NCBI GenBank assembly: GCA_037133055.1
Contig: JBAXOY010000007.1
Location: 1-45,886 of the forward strand
Direction: 5' to 3'
DNA length: 45,886 nt
DNA from: Chlamydiota bacterium
Lineage (GTDB): Bacteria; Auribacterota; Tritonobacteria; UBA1439
Within the stretch, counting starts at the first letter, position 1, and every line of letters starts with the position of its first letter. Positions 35,946-45,835 of this stretch are shown here, one piece after another. Under the pieces are notes generated by a model. It was given only the letters and a program-made list of their open reading frames with translations. It made no database searches and had not been told where the DNA came from. Made by a program: the position numbers and the translations under genes.

Positions 35946-37568
35946 ATGAAGTCCATGCGGCTTTTGATACTCTTCGTTGCGGCGATACTATGGGTCGGCG
36001 GCGCGGTGTGGGCGCAGACCGAAACGCCCACGCCCACCTTTACCCCCACGATCACCCCTACGCTAACCCCGACCCCGCCCTCATGGCCGATGTTTCGCCA
36101 CGACTCCCGGCACACGGGCCTGAGCGCCTTCCATGGCACCCTCACGGGCAACCTTTCCTGGAGCTACCAGACGGGCGGGGAAGTGGGCTCATCGCCCGCG
36201 CTGGGGGCCGGCGGAGAGGTATACGTAGGATCGCAGGACGACCGCCTCTATGCCTTCTCCTCCAATGGCAAAGTCATATGGACTTTCCTGACCTTGAACG
36301 ATGTCTATTCCTCGCCGGCCGTCGGCATCGACGGGACGGTGTACGTCGTGTCGCAAGACTCGCAGTTTTACGCAGTTACCTCGGCGGGCGCGCTCCGCTG
36401 GAGCTACCAGATCAACACGTTCATCAGCCCCTCCTCGCCCGTCATTGCCCCCAACGGGAATATTTTGGTCGGATCGGATAACCAGAATGTCTACGCCTTC
36501 ACTCCCTCCGGCGCGCTCGCCTGGACCTACCTCGCGAGCAACGGCATTCAATCGTCCCCCGCGGTCTCCCCCGACGGGCTCGCCTATGTGGGGGCCAAGG
36601 GCGGAATGCTCTACTCGCTCAACAGCGGCGGTACCCTGGTCTGGAGCTACTATGTCGGGATCGGCGATGTCAACTCCTCGCCCGCGATAGCGCAGAACGG
36701 GAACATCGTCGTCGGCTCGTCGAACGGCAGTCTCTACTCGCTCACTTCCGCCGGGGCCTTCGCCTGGAGCTTCGTCACCACCGGCGGGATCAGTTCCTCC
36801 CCCGCGATATCCTCCTCCGGCGATATCTGCGTCGGGTCTGATAACACTGACGGCGGCGCAAACCCTGATGACAACAAGGTCTATAAAGTGACTTCCGGCG
36901 GCTCCCTGCTGTGGACCTACCAGACGAACGAAGCGCTGTTTTCCTCCCCCGCCCTCGCCTCGGACGGTACGGTCTACATCGGGTCGGATAACGCGTTCTT
37001 ATACGCCCTCAGTCCCTCCGGCACGCTCGCCTGGAGTTACCGCGCCGAGCTCGAAGTCCAGTCATCTCCCGCGATCTGGCCCGACGGAAGGGTCAGCGTC
37101 GGGAGTAGCGATTATCGGCTGTATGTCTTCGGCGGACCCGTGGCGCCGACTCCGACGCCTGCCCCGTTCAAGCCGACCCCGACCCCCTTCCCCCAGCCGA
37201 CCCCGCGCCTCGCCGTGATCGTGAACAGCCGCTCCCTGAAGGCGGGAGATCCGTTCAGCCTCAGCGTCGTGCTTCAGCCGCTCGGGTTCAAGTTCGACGC
37301 GTATGGCGTCATCCAGGGACCCGCGGGAACCTTTTCGTTCGTGCTCGGCCACCCGGACACGCTTGTCTACGGGGTAAAAGCCCTGATCAGAGAAGTGCGC
37401 GGCCTCGGCGGCGTCTATGCCTCGACCCTCTACTCCAATCCCGGGCTCCCGGACGGCATCGCGGGAAACTACACGGTGACCGTGGGCCTCGTGCGCCAGG
37501 GGAAGGCCCCCACCGTGCAGAACACCATCTACCAGTACCTCTCGGAGATGACGGTCACGGTACATTGA
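35946..37568 (+). CDS. Secreted PQQ-like beta-propeller protein with PT linkers and the shared C-terminal domain
   Basis: Signal peptide; WPMFRHD; eight SSP...G.VYVGS.D..LYA....G...W repeats; DAYGVIQGPAG...GNYTVTVGL. Confidence 0.85.
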   Translation: MKSMRLLILFVAAILWVGGAVWAQTETPTPTFTPTITPTLTPTPPSWPMFRHDSRHTGLSAFHGTLTGNLSWSYQTGGEVGSSPALGAGGEVYVGSQDDRLYAFSSNGKVIWTFLTLNDVYSSPAVGIDGTVYVVSQDSQFYAVTSAGALRWSYQINTFISPSSPVIAPNGNILVGSDNQNVYAFTPSGALAWTYLASNGIQSSPAVSPDGLAYVGAKGGMLYSLNSGGTLVWSYYVGIGDVNSSPAIAQNGNIVVGSSNGSLYSLTSAGAFAWSFVTTGGISSSPAISSSGDICVGSDNTDGGANPDDNKVYKVTSGGSLLWTYQTNEALFSSPALASDGTVYIGSDNAFLYALSPSGTLAWSYRAELEVQSSPAIWPDGRVSVGSSDYRLYVFGGPVAPTPTPAPFKPTPTPFPQPTPRLAVIVNSRSLKAGDPFSLSVVLQPLGFKFDAYGVIQGPAGTFSFVLGHPDTLVYGVKALIREVRGLGGVYASTLYSNPGLPDGIAGNYTVTVGLVRQGKAPTVQNTIYQYLSEMTVTVH

Positions 37569-37579
37569 GCGCCGCGTGC

Positions 37580-37638
37580 ATAGTCGATAGTCCATGGTCC
37601 ATGACTGCAAAAGCGTTTTTTGGCTATGGACCATGGTC
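37580..37638. repeat. CCATGGT/CGATAGT heptamer repeats in inverted arrangement after the propeller gene
   Basis: ATAGTCGATAGTCCATGGTCCATG...CTATGGACCATGGTC. Confidence 0.7.
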
Positions 37639-37763
37639 AGGTGGTTGATCTTTTCGCGGGAGGGGGATTAAGACTGGACAATTCGCCCGCCCGCGCTATC
37701 ATAGGGCATGTCGTGCGCAAATGGCGCGCGGCGCGGGCCCCGGGCATGCGGAGGAGCGGCACC

Positions 37764-38702
37764 ATGGTTACCGGCCAGAAGGGCGATCAGAGCGGCGGTG
37801 AAGCGGCGCGGCCGCAGGCCTCGGCGCAGAGCGAGTCGTGCGCCGACCTTGCGTTCCGTCTCTCGGGGTTCAGGGACAGGGTCGAGGCGCTGGGGAAAGA
37901 GCTCGACGAATTCCGGAAAAAGGTCGCCGAGCTCGGGCTGGCCCTCTCCGGGCCGCCCGCTCCTCCCGACGACGGGGGAGCCCTCCCCGCCGCGGGCAAG
38001 CTGGAGGCCGCGGCGGCAATCAAGCAGGAGGACGAGGGGGGCGGGTATCTCGAGCAGATACAGGACCAGATCCACGGCCTCATCCACGAGGAGCTGGCGT
38101 CTATGGAGGAGGCGGAGACCTCATCCACCGCCGCCGGCGCAGAGATGGTGTGCCCCTCGTGCGGGACGATCGTGAAACGGACCGAGGAGGCCTGCCCGCA
38201 GTGCGGCGCGGCGACCGAATCCGCACCGGAGCGGGGCGGGAGGGCATTCCCGCTGTCGGCGGAGAAGTTCCTCTACATCTTCAACGACCGGTTCGGGTGG
38301 TTCGTCAAGACGTCCGACAAGGCGCTGTTTTACGCGGACCGGAAAGGCGACTACGCGAAGGCGATCGATCTCCTGAAGGTGGTGGTCCTGTTCATGGAGG
38401 AGAACCTCTCGCTCCTGAAGAGCAAGCACAGGGATTTCAAGCTCGCCCTCGCCTACGCCTATCTCGGGCGGTGCTACTTCCAGAGCCAGCGCGTCAAGGA
38501 GGCGATCGAACAGTACAAGAAAGGGATACTGCTGAAGGCGGGGAACTTCTACAACTGCGAGATCGGCCTCACCGCCGTCTACCGCGACCTCGTCCGCCAG
38601 ATCGGGGAAACGGGGAAACCCCTTACGCCGAAGTCCCATCCGTTCCTCAGCCGCCGGGAGATAGAGGAACTCAACAAACTGGGGACGCGCGCCACCGCCT
38701 GA
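37764..38702 (+). CDS. Coiled-coil + zinc-ribbon + TPR-like protein (start revised to 37764)
   Basis: CPSCG...CPQCG; AYAYLGRCYFQSQRVKEAIEQYKKG; GGAGGAG RBS. Confidence 0.7.
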   Translation: MVTGQKGDQSGGEAARPQASAQSESCADLAFRLSGFRDRVEALGKELDEFRKKVAELGLALSGPPAPPDDGGALPAAGKLEAAAAIKQEDEGGGYLEQIQDQIHGLIHEELASMEEAETSSTAAGAEMVCPSCGTIVKRTEEACPQCGAATESAPERGGRAFPLSAEKFLYIFNDRFGWFVKTSDKALFYADRKGDYAKAIDLLKVVVLFMEENLSLLKSKHRDFKLALAYAYLGRCYFQSQRVKEAIEQYKKGILLKAGNFYNCEIGLTAVYRDLVRQIGETGKPLTPKSHPFLSRREIEELNKLGTRATA

Positions 38703-38779
38703 CCGCTCCCCGCGCGCCCCGCCCCCCGATCTGCATCGCCTTCGCGCGGGGGCGCCCGTCCCGCCGCGACATGCACGCA

Positions 38780-39739
38780 ATGACCACGGCAATCGATTTC
38801 TGCATCGCATGGGAGTGGGAACACGACGAGGAGTTCATCGCCATCCTCGCCCGGAAGTGCCGCGAGCGCGGCCTGACGACCTGCGTCGCGAGCCCCGGGA
38901 ACCTGCCCCTTGTCGAGGCGCAGGTGTTCGCCGGAGAGCTTTCGTTCGCGGTATTTTTCGACCGCGCCTCCGACACCAACCCCGCCTTCCTTCCCCTCGC
39001 CGCCGGGATCGCGCGCGGGAACACCCTGTTCGTGAACCATCCCCCCGACGTCGAGCGGGCCATCAACAAGGCCGCCATGCACCTCGAGTTCTCGAGCCGC
39101 GGCATCGACGTCCCCTACACCATCATCCTCCCCGTGTTCGAGAAGGACGACCCCACGGAGGAGATCCTCAGGTTCGAGAACGTCGGGATCCCCTTCATCG
39201 TCAAGCCGGCGCACGGCGGCGGGGGGCTCGGGGTGTTGCTGGGGGCGAAGACGCTGGCGGAGGTCCTCGCCGCGCGCAAGGATTTCGCCCACGATCAGAT
39301 CCTCATACAGGAGAATATCGTCCCGCGCATGCTCGAGGGGAGAAAGGCGTGGTTCCGCGCCTATTACGTCGGAGGGGACACGCTGCTGTGCTGGTGGGAT
39401 CCGGAGCTCCACGTGTACGAGCGCGTGCTGCCGGCCGAGGCGGCACGCTGGGGGCTCGGGCGGATGGAGACGATCGCGCGCCTGATTCACGAGATCGCGA
39501 AGCTGGACTTTTTTTCGACCGAGATCGCCCTGACCGATGCGATGAGATACGTCTCGGTGGACTACGTCAACGACCAGTGCGACATGCGCCTCAAATCGAG
39601 GGCCGCCAAAGGCGTGCCCGACGACGTGGTGGAAAGCGTCTGCGACTCCCTGGCGGGCTTCGTCGCGCGCGCCGTCCGCGAGCGGCGATCCGCCCCGCCG
39701 GTGTGCCCACCCTGCCCCGAGCCGAAGCCCGCCCCCTGA
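38780..39739 (+). CDS. ATP-grasp-like hypothetical protein (start 38771 or 38780)
   Basis: FVN...AINKAAMHLEF...GIDVPYT...PFIVKPAHGGGGLGV...ILIQE...STEIA...DYVND. Confidence 0.65.
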   Translation: MTTAIDFCIAWEWEHDEEFIAILARKCRERGLTTCVASPGNLPLVEAQVFAGELSFAVFFDRASDTNPAFLPLAAGIARGNTLFVNHPPDVERAINKAAMHLEFSSRGIDVPYTIILPVFEKDDPTEEILRFENVGIPFIVKPAHGGGGLGVLLGAKTLAEVLAARKDFAHDQILIQENIVPRMLEGRKAWFRAYYVGGDTLLCWWDPELHVYERVLPAEAARWGLGRMETIARLIHEIAKLDFFSTEIALTDAMRYVSVDYVNDQCDMRLKSRAAKGVPDDVVESVCDSLAGFVARAVRERRSAPPVCPPCPEPKPAP

Positions 39740-39740
39740 G

Positions 39741-41390
39741 CTACTTCCTCTCCCGCCGCACCTCGTCCTTGATCCGCTGGATGTGCCCCCGTCCCAGTCC
39801 CTTCACCTCGCACCCGAGCTCGAAGTACCGGCGGATCTTCCCGTCGTCGAGGACGCCGAAGCAGTCGACGATGGCCGCGGGCGCCCCGATCAGGCGCACC
39901 ACCTCGTCCGGATCGAGGTCCAGGTACGGGGCGTGCCGGACGGCGAAGATCACCGCGTCCGCGCCGGCGAGCGCCTTCGCGAGGTCGCTCTGGACCCGCA
40001 GCTCCGAGAGCCTGTCCTGCCCCCTGAAGAACTGCTTCTTCCCGTGCCCCTTCCCGGGGTACGACTCCTGCTTCTCGAGCTCGGGCCACGACTTCACGTA
40101 CGGGTCGTGGACCCTGATCTCCGCCCCCATCTCGGAGAGGCGTCGCGCGATGATCTCGGATCCGCTGTACCGCGTGTCGCCCACGTCCTCCCGGTAGGAG
40201 GCGCCGAGGAGGAGGATCTCCGCGGCCGCAACGGGGCGGTTCATGTTCCGCAGGGCGTCCCGCGTGATCTGGGCCGCGTGAAGGCCGCGCGTGTCGTTGA
40301 TGTCGATCGCGAGCGGCGTGATCTTGAATATCTCGTCCTCGAAGCCGAGAATGTGCCGGTAGGCCCACATCCCGAGCCCCCCATCTTTTGGAAGGCAGTA
40401 GCCGCCGATGCCGGGGCCGGGGAAGATCATGTTCGAGTGGGTGGGGCGCACCCTGATCGCCCTGATCACCTTGACCAGGTCGACGCCGTTCTGCTCGGCG
40501 AAGAGGCTCCACTCGTTGAGGAACGCCAGGGACGCCGCGCGGTAGCTGTTCTCGACGATCTTCGCGGTCTCCGACTCGATCGGGCGGTCGAGCACGGTGA
40601 GCGGGTACTTCTTCGTGTTCAGCACCTCGTTCAGGAACTTCACCACCCGCTCCCGGGCCTCCGGGTTGATGCCGCTGCAGACGCGCCAGAAGTCGCGGAT
40701 GCTCGCGACGTACTCCTTCCCGGGCATCACCCGCTCGTAGCTGTGGGCGAGGAGCGGGTCGGAGGCGATGCCGCGCTTCCGGAACGCCTTCCGCATGATC
40801 GGGTACGCCACCTGCTCGGTCGTCCCCGGCGGCACGGTCGTCTCGATGAGCACCAGCGTCCCGGGCGGGATATGCCTCGCGATGATCTCGAGCGACTCCT
40901 CGAGGGCGGCGATGTCCGCCCACCCTTTGCGGACGTCGCCGAGGGCGTACTTCGCGTAGTCGCACTGGACGTCGACGACGACCACGTCGGCGAGCGCGAG
41001 GACGTCGTAGACGTAGGTCGCAACGAGGGTCTTCTTCTCGAGGACGCACCGGCGGATGATGCGCTCCACCTCGGGGTCCTCCGCATCGACGGGCGAGACG
41101 CCGCGGTTGAGGAGCGGGATCTTCCAGTAGGAGCGGACGCTTGGGCGCTGCATCCCGATCACGAATTTGGACGGCTTCCCGCCTTTCCCCTTCGCGTCGG
41201 CGACGATCGCCGCCATGACGGCCCCGACGAACCCGACGCCCATGACCACCACGATCTCCCGCCCCGCCGCGCGCTGGACGGCGGCGGACCTCTTCAGCCG
41301 CGCGAACTCCTTCGCGTAGTCCCCCGGCTTCGGCAGCGGGAACTTCTCGCCCGCGGGGCTGATCGAATAGACCAGTTCATTCTTTTGCAT
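39741..41390 (-). CDS. Nucleotide-sugar dehydrogenase (UDP-glucose/GDP-mannose dehydrogenase family; start revised to 41390)
   Basis: GVGFVG, ETTVPPGTT, ERVMPG, AKIVENSYR, GIGGYCLPKD; GGAAGGAG RBS. Confidence 0.9.
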   Translation of the reverse strand: MQKNELVYSISPAGEKFPLPKPGDYAKEFARLKRSAAVQRAAGREIVVVMGVGFVGAVMAAIVADAKGKGGKPSKFVIGMQRPSVRSYWKIPLLNRGVSPVDAEDPEVERIIRRCVLEKKTLVATYVYDVLALADVVVVDVQCDYAKYALGDVRKGWADIAALEESLEIIARHIPPGTLVLIETTVPPGTTEQVAYPIMRKAFRKRGIASDPLLAHSYERVMPGKEYVASIRDFWRVCSGINPEARERVVKFLNEVLNTKKYPLTVLDRPIESETAKIVENSYRAASLAFLNEWSLFAEQNGVDLVKVIRAIRVRPTHSNMIFPGPGIGGYCLPKDGGLGMWAYRHILGFEDEIFKITPLAIDINDTRGLHAAQITRDALRNMNRPVAAAEILLLGASYREDVGDTRYSGSEIIARRLSEMGAEIRVHDPYVKSWPELEKQESYPGKGHGKKQFFRGQDRLSELRVQSDLAKALAGADAVIFAVRHAPYLDLDPDEVVRLIGAPAAIVDCFGVLDDGKIRRYFELGCEVKGLGRGHIQRIKDEVRRERK

Positions 41391-41526
41391 TGTGCGCTCC
41401 TTCCATAGATGCGGCAACCGGTTACAGGCGACTATTGTAGCAGATTGCCCCCCTGCGGATACTACACAGATATCGGCGCACCTATCGGCCGGAGTGCGGC
41501 CTTTTTTCCTTGCGGCCTTTTTTCCT

Positions 41527-41555
41527 TTGACATCGGGGGTCCGGAGGAATAGATT
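41527..41555 (+). promoter_or_regulatory. Putative sigma70 promoter
   Basis: TTGACA-17 nt-TAGATT upstream of ATG 41581. Confidence 0.6.
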
Positions 41556-41580
41556 CAAGACAGAGACCCACCCGGGGGCC

Positions 41581-43467
41581 ATGATGAGACTGCGAACCAC
41601 GTTCGCGCCTGCCTTCGCCGCGGCCATGCTGCTGGCCGCCGCTCCCGCATTTACCCAGCCCGCCTCCTCCCCCTGGCCGATGTTCGGGCACGACGCGCGG
41701 CACACGAGACAAAGCGAATATGCAGGGCCGTCGTCTCCCTGTCTCTACTGGAGTTATTGGACAAGCTCCATTTGGGATTCATCCCCCACGCTTGGCAATG
41801 ACGGAAAAGCATATGTGGGATCTAACTGGTATCTCTATTCCCTCTATTCCGACGGCGCACTAGCATGGAGCTATCTGACAGGTTCCCTTGTATATTCCTC
41901 CCCCGCGTTGGGCAGTGACGGGAGAATATATGCAGGGTCATCTGACGACCGTCTATATTCCCTCTATTCCAACGGCGCACTTGCATGGACCTATCTGACG
42001 GGGGGAGCGGTCAATTCCTCACCCGCACTTGACAGTGATGAGGGAGTGTATGTAGGTTCATATGATAATAATCTATATTCCCTCTATTCCGACGGCACTC
42101 TTGCATGGAGCTATCTGATGGGTAAAGATGTGTATTCCTCTCCCGCGCTAGGCATTGACGGGAGAGTATATACAGGATCAGATAACAATTTTCTATATTC
42201 CCTCTATTCCGACGGCGCACTAGCATGGAGTTATCAGACAGGCCTCGGCCTGGGTTCCTCTCCCGCGCTGGGCAGTGACGGAATAGTATATGTGGGAGCA
42301 CCCGACTACCATCTTTATGCCTTCCATTCCAACGGCGCACTTGCATGGAGCTTTCTCACAGCCAGCTTTGTTACTAGCGCTCCTTCGTTGGGGAGTGACG
42401 GGAGACTGTATGTAGGTTCAAGTGATAATAATCTGTATGCCTTCTATTCCAACGGCGCACTTGCATGGAGCTATCGTGCGGGCAGTTATGTGCGGTCCTC
42501 CCCCGCGCTGGGCAGTGACGGGAGAATGTATGTAGGGTCAGCTGACAACCGCTTGTATTCGCTCCATTCCAACGGCACACTTGCATGGAGCTATGGGACG
42601 GGATACGCGGTAGCATCATCTCCCTCGTTGGGCAGTGACTGGGGAGTGTATGTGAAATCAGAGGTGCTCTATGTTTTTCACGATCCCTCCCCGACGCCCA
42701 CGTGGGATCCTTCGATACCGACGTATACGCCCACAGAGACACCTACGGTCACGCCGACGAGAACGTCGACAAGGACACCGACCATAACCCCCACGACACA
42801 GGTGACCCCCACCCGGACACCAACCGCAATTCCCATCCCGGGGGCCGTGACCTTCTACTACCGGTCCGACATGCAGACGGTGAACGGGGCGACGTGCTAT
42901 GCGCTGGGAAGCCAGCCCTCCTCATCAATTGCGTACGTGAACTGCTCCTACGACTACATAGTCGGCGATCCCACCGGCGGAAACCAGTATTGGTCCAGCA
43001 GCGTGTACCTCAGGCACGCGAACGGATCGGAGACGCTTGTCGGCGCTATCGGCGGAGAAGATTCCGCGATCTTAACCTGCCCGACGGTGAACATGCAGCG
43101 GACGGACGCGCTGAAGATCGTCGAGACGGTCGGGATAGGGGAGGTATGCGCGAATACCGCCGGGTTCATCACCGCCCCGTTGGGCGCTGACCGTTTGAAC
43201 GGCTCCCAATGGACGATCACGCGCTCTGTCTCGGCGTGGGTATGGTGCCATGCAGGCTACTGCGACAGCTACGCGGCTCTCTCGTGGGGCGACTCATCGG
43301 ATCAGACATACGTGAGCAATGTGAGTCTCACCACCTTCACCCCCACGCCGCTGCCCACATGGGGATACGTCAGCTTCCAGCCCGTGGGCTCCGCTCCCGC
43401 GCCCGGGTTCTATCCGGACACAGGAGCGGAGTACGGGAACTACTGGGATTTCGGGTGGGTCTACTGA
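41581..43467 (+). CDS. Secreted PQQ-like beta-propeller protein with PT linker and a Cys-containing C-terminal region
   Basis: Signal peptide, WPMFGHD, eight ~40-aa blades, long Thr/Pro linker. Confidence 0.85.
   Translation: MMRLRTTFAPAFAAAMLLAAAPAFTQPASSPWPMFGHDARHTRQSEYAGPSSPCLYWSYWTSSIWDSSPTLGNDGKAYVGSNWYLYSLYSDGALAWSYLTGSLVYSSPALGSDGRIYAGSSDDRLYSLYSNGALAWTYLTGGAVNSSPALDSDEGVYVGSYDNNLYSLYSDGTLAWSYLMGKDVYSSPALGIDGRVYTGSDNNFLYSLYSDGALAWSYQTGLGLGSSPALGSDGIVYVGAPDYHLYAFHSNGALAWSFLTASFVTSAPSLGSDGRLYVGSSDNNLYAFYSNGALAWSYRAGSYVRSSPALGSDGRMYVGSADNRLYSLHSNGTLAWSYGTGYAVASSPSLGSDWGVYVKSEVLYVFHDPSPTPTWDPSIPTYTPTETPTVTPTRTSTRTPTITPTTQVTPTRTPTAIPIPGAVTFYYRSDMQTVNGATCYALGSQPSSSIAYVNCSYDYIVGDPTGGNQYWSSSVYLRHANGSETLVGAIGGEDSAILTCPTVNMQRTDALKIVETVGIGEVCANTAGFITAPLGADRLNGSQWTITRSVSAWVWCHAGYCDSYAALSWGDSSDQTYVSNVSLTTFTPTPLPTWGYVSFQPVGSAPAPGFYPDTGAEYGNYWDFGWVY
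41831..42660 (+). repeat. 120-bp coding tandem repeat (seven copies), lower GC than the rest of the gene
   Basis: (G/A)ACGGC(G/A)C(A/T)CT(A/T)GCATGGA recurs at 41851, 41971, 42091, 42211, 42331, 42451 and 42571. Confidence 0.9.
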
Positions 43468-43474
43468 GGCGCGG

Positions 43475-44761
43475 TCAGCCCTGCATGGCCTTCTCGATGA
43501 ACGCCCGCACGTTGCCCACCCATGGCCTCGCGGGGATCTCCGACTCGGGGATCGACGGCGAGCGGACGAACAGAAAGGCGTCGTCGTGGGTGTGCATCCC
43601 GGTGAAGACGCCCTTCGTGGTAAGCGCATCCGCGGCGAGGCGTCCCTTCAGGTCGAATCCCCGATTGGGCAGGATCACGAGGTCGGGGGCATTGTCGAAT
43701 TCGGGCCCCGAGTAGATTTCCTCCCTCCGGCATATCTTTTGAATCACCGGCTTCCCGTCCACCGCGAGATCGCACAGCGCGTTCGCGACCTCCTGCGCAA
43801 CCCTCGCCCGGTCGCCGGGGCTGACGCAGCCGCGCGGGTAGCGCCCGGCGAGATTGATGTAGATGCGCGCGGGGTCGAGAGCGAACGCCCTGCTTCCCTC
43901 CCCCACCCCCTCGAACGAGTCCCGCGTCGGGTCCACGATGTTCAGGAAGCCCCGCTCGGAGAGGGCCCGGTTGACGTTGACCTCTTTTTCTATCGCGGCG
44001 AACCCGTGGTCCGAGAGCATCATGAAGAGGTCGTCGTCGCCGACTGTTCCGTAGAGTTCGCCGAGATACGCGTCGATCCGCCTGAAGTGCCCGCGGAACG
44101 CCTCCGCGTACGGGTGGGCGTCGTCCTCGAACGCGTCGAAGAGGAAATGGCTCAGTCGGTCGGTGCCCGTGAATGCCAGGAAGAAAAGATCCCACGCCTC
44201 GCGCTCCCGGAGATACCGCGCGGCGCGGATCCTCGCCTCGATCGTCTCGTCGAGGTCGCGCAGAAACGCGTCCATGTCCGCGTGGCCCTTTGAGGCGTCG
44301 ACGTCGATCCGGTAGCCGAGCCGCCGGAGATCGGGCGCCAGGCTTTTCGGGTATGTCGCCCGCGCGAGGTCGAGGGCGACAAAGCCGGAGACCATCGCCC
44401 CGTTCATCTCCAGCGCGGGGTACGTGCCCGGGATGTTGATGATCGCGGCCCGTTTCCCCGGCATCTCCTCCCAGAACGGGCGCGCCTTCAGGTCGCCGAA
44501 CGTGGGGAACAAGAACTGGTAGGACCCGGGCTTGAGGCTCATGAACCCGTAGATGCCGTGGACGCCGGGGTTTGCGCCCGTGATGATCGTGCTCCAGGCG
44601 ACGCAGGAGACGGCCGGGACGGAGGACGCCATCTTCCGGAGCGCCCCCATCCTGAGTATCTTTCCGAGATTCGGCATCGTCCCGTCAGAGGCATAACGGG
44701 TGATAAGGCGGTGAGGGACGCCGTCGAGGCCGACAATTACCGCGCGCGGTCCAGGGGCCAT
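43475..44761 (-). CDS. Alkaline-phosphatase-superfamily protein (type I phosphodiesterase/nucleotide pyrophosphatase-like; start revised to 44761)
   Basis: IVGLDG, SCVAWSTIITGANPGVHGIYGF, DRLSH, SDHGF, APDLV, GMH; GGAGG RBS. Confidence 0.85.
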   Translation of the reverse strand: MAPGPRAVIVGLDGVPHRLITRYASDGTMPNLGKILRMGALRKMASSVPAVSCVAWSTIITGANPGVHGIYGFMSLKPGSYQFLFPTFGDLKARPFWEEMPGKRAAIINIPGTYPALEMNGAMVSGFVALDLARATYPKSLAPDLRRLGYRIDVDASKGHADMDAFLRDLDETIEARIRAARYLREREAWDLFFLAFTGTDRLSHFLFDAFEDDAHPYAEAFRGHFRRIDAYLGELYGTVGDDDLFMMLSDHGFAAIEKEVNVNRALSERGFLNIVDPTRDSFEGVGEGSRAFALDPARIYINLAGRYPRGCVSPGDRARVAQEVANALCDLAVDGKPVIQKICRREEIYSGPEFDNAPDLVILPNRGFDLKGRLAADALTTKGVFTGMHTHDDAFLFVRSPSIPESEIPARPWVGNVRAFIEKAMQG

Positions 44762-44880
44762 GGCTTCCTCCTGCATGAACGCACTATCGGGAACCTGTTC
44801 GCCCGTGACGGCGTGCGGGCGTTATCGGGGTGTCGGCGCAGAAGACTTACCGTTGCCCGTGCCCGCTCCGCACAACCGGT

Positions 44881-45835
44881 TCAGCGTCCGTGGGTGATGA
44901 TGCCGCCCGCGACGATGTCGTTCGCCCGCTCGATAACAAAGCGCCCGAGCTCGGGGATATCGCCGAAGAGCTCGAAGGCGAGGGGATGATCGGCCATGAT
45001 GAGGACCTCGCCCACCTCGGTCTCTTCAATCGTCCGCGCGTTCTCCGAAAGCACCTCGAGCGTGGAGGAGTCGATCCGCTTCCTGATCTCCCCGACGCGG
45101 CAAGGGGTTTCCTGCGTGCCGAGGCGCAGGGTGAGCGTTTCGCCGATGTCGAGCTTTTGCGGGGACATCCAGAAGAGGTTGGCGGTCACCGCCGTCCCGA
45201 TGCGCGGGAGGTCATCGACCGCGCTCAGGACGTCGCCCCTGCGGGGCGCGGCATCCCCGGAAAGGACAAGCCCGATGCACTCGCCCGCCTCGGCGGCGGT
45301 CCGCTCCGCGCCGAATTCGAGGACCATCGCCACGGTCGCCCGCCCCTCCCCCGGCATGATCCTCACCGCGTCCCCCTCGCGCAGCGTCCCCGATTCGATC
45401 CTGCCCGCGACGATGCGCGTCCCGTCCCGGTCGTACACGTCCTGCACGGGCATGCGCAGCGGTTTCTCGCGAAGGTCACGGTCCTTCTCCATCGCGTCGA
45501 GCGTCCCGACCAGCGTGGGCCCGGCGTACCAGGGCATCTTCCCCGAGCGGGAGACGAAGTTGTCCCCCGTGGCCGCCGAAACCGGGACGATGAACGCGGG
45601 GATGATGCCCAGGCGCGCGAGAAAGGGGCCGATCACGGCGCGCGCCTTCTCGAACTTCTCCTCGCGGTACCCGACGAGATCCATCTTGTTCAGGACGAGG
45701 ATGTTCTTCTTAAGATTGAGCATGCCGAGCACATAGGCGTGCCGCCGCGTCTGCTCCATGACGCCCTCGTTGACGTCGAGGACGAGGATCGATGTTTCGG
45801 CCTGGCTGGCGCCGGTGATCATGTTCTTCATAAAT
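44881..45835 (-). CDS. cysN: Sulfate adenylyltransferase large subunit (EF-Tu-like GTPase), 5'-truncated
   Basis: KNMITGASQA, EQTRRH, NKMDLV, PVSAATGDN, PWYAGPTL, LRMPVQDVY; G1-G3 motifs missing. Confidence 0.8.

Noticed and set aside
41831..42660. CRISPR array or DGR template/variable repeat in the periodic region
   Set aside because: The period is 120 bp and in frame, encoding propeller blades. Differences are not restricted to adenines, and no cas or reverse transcriptase gene is in the window.
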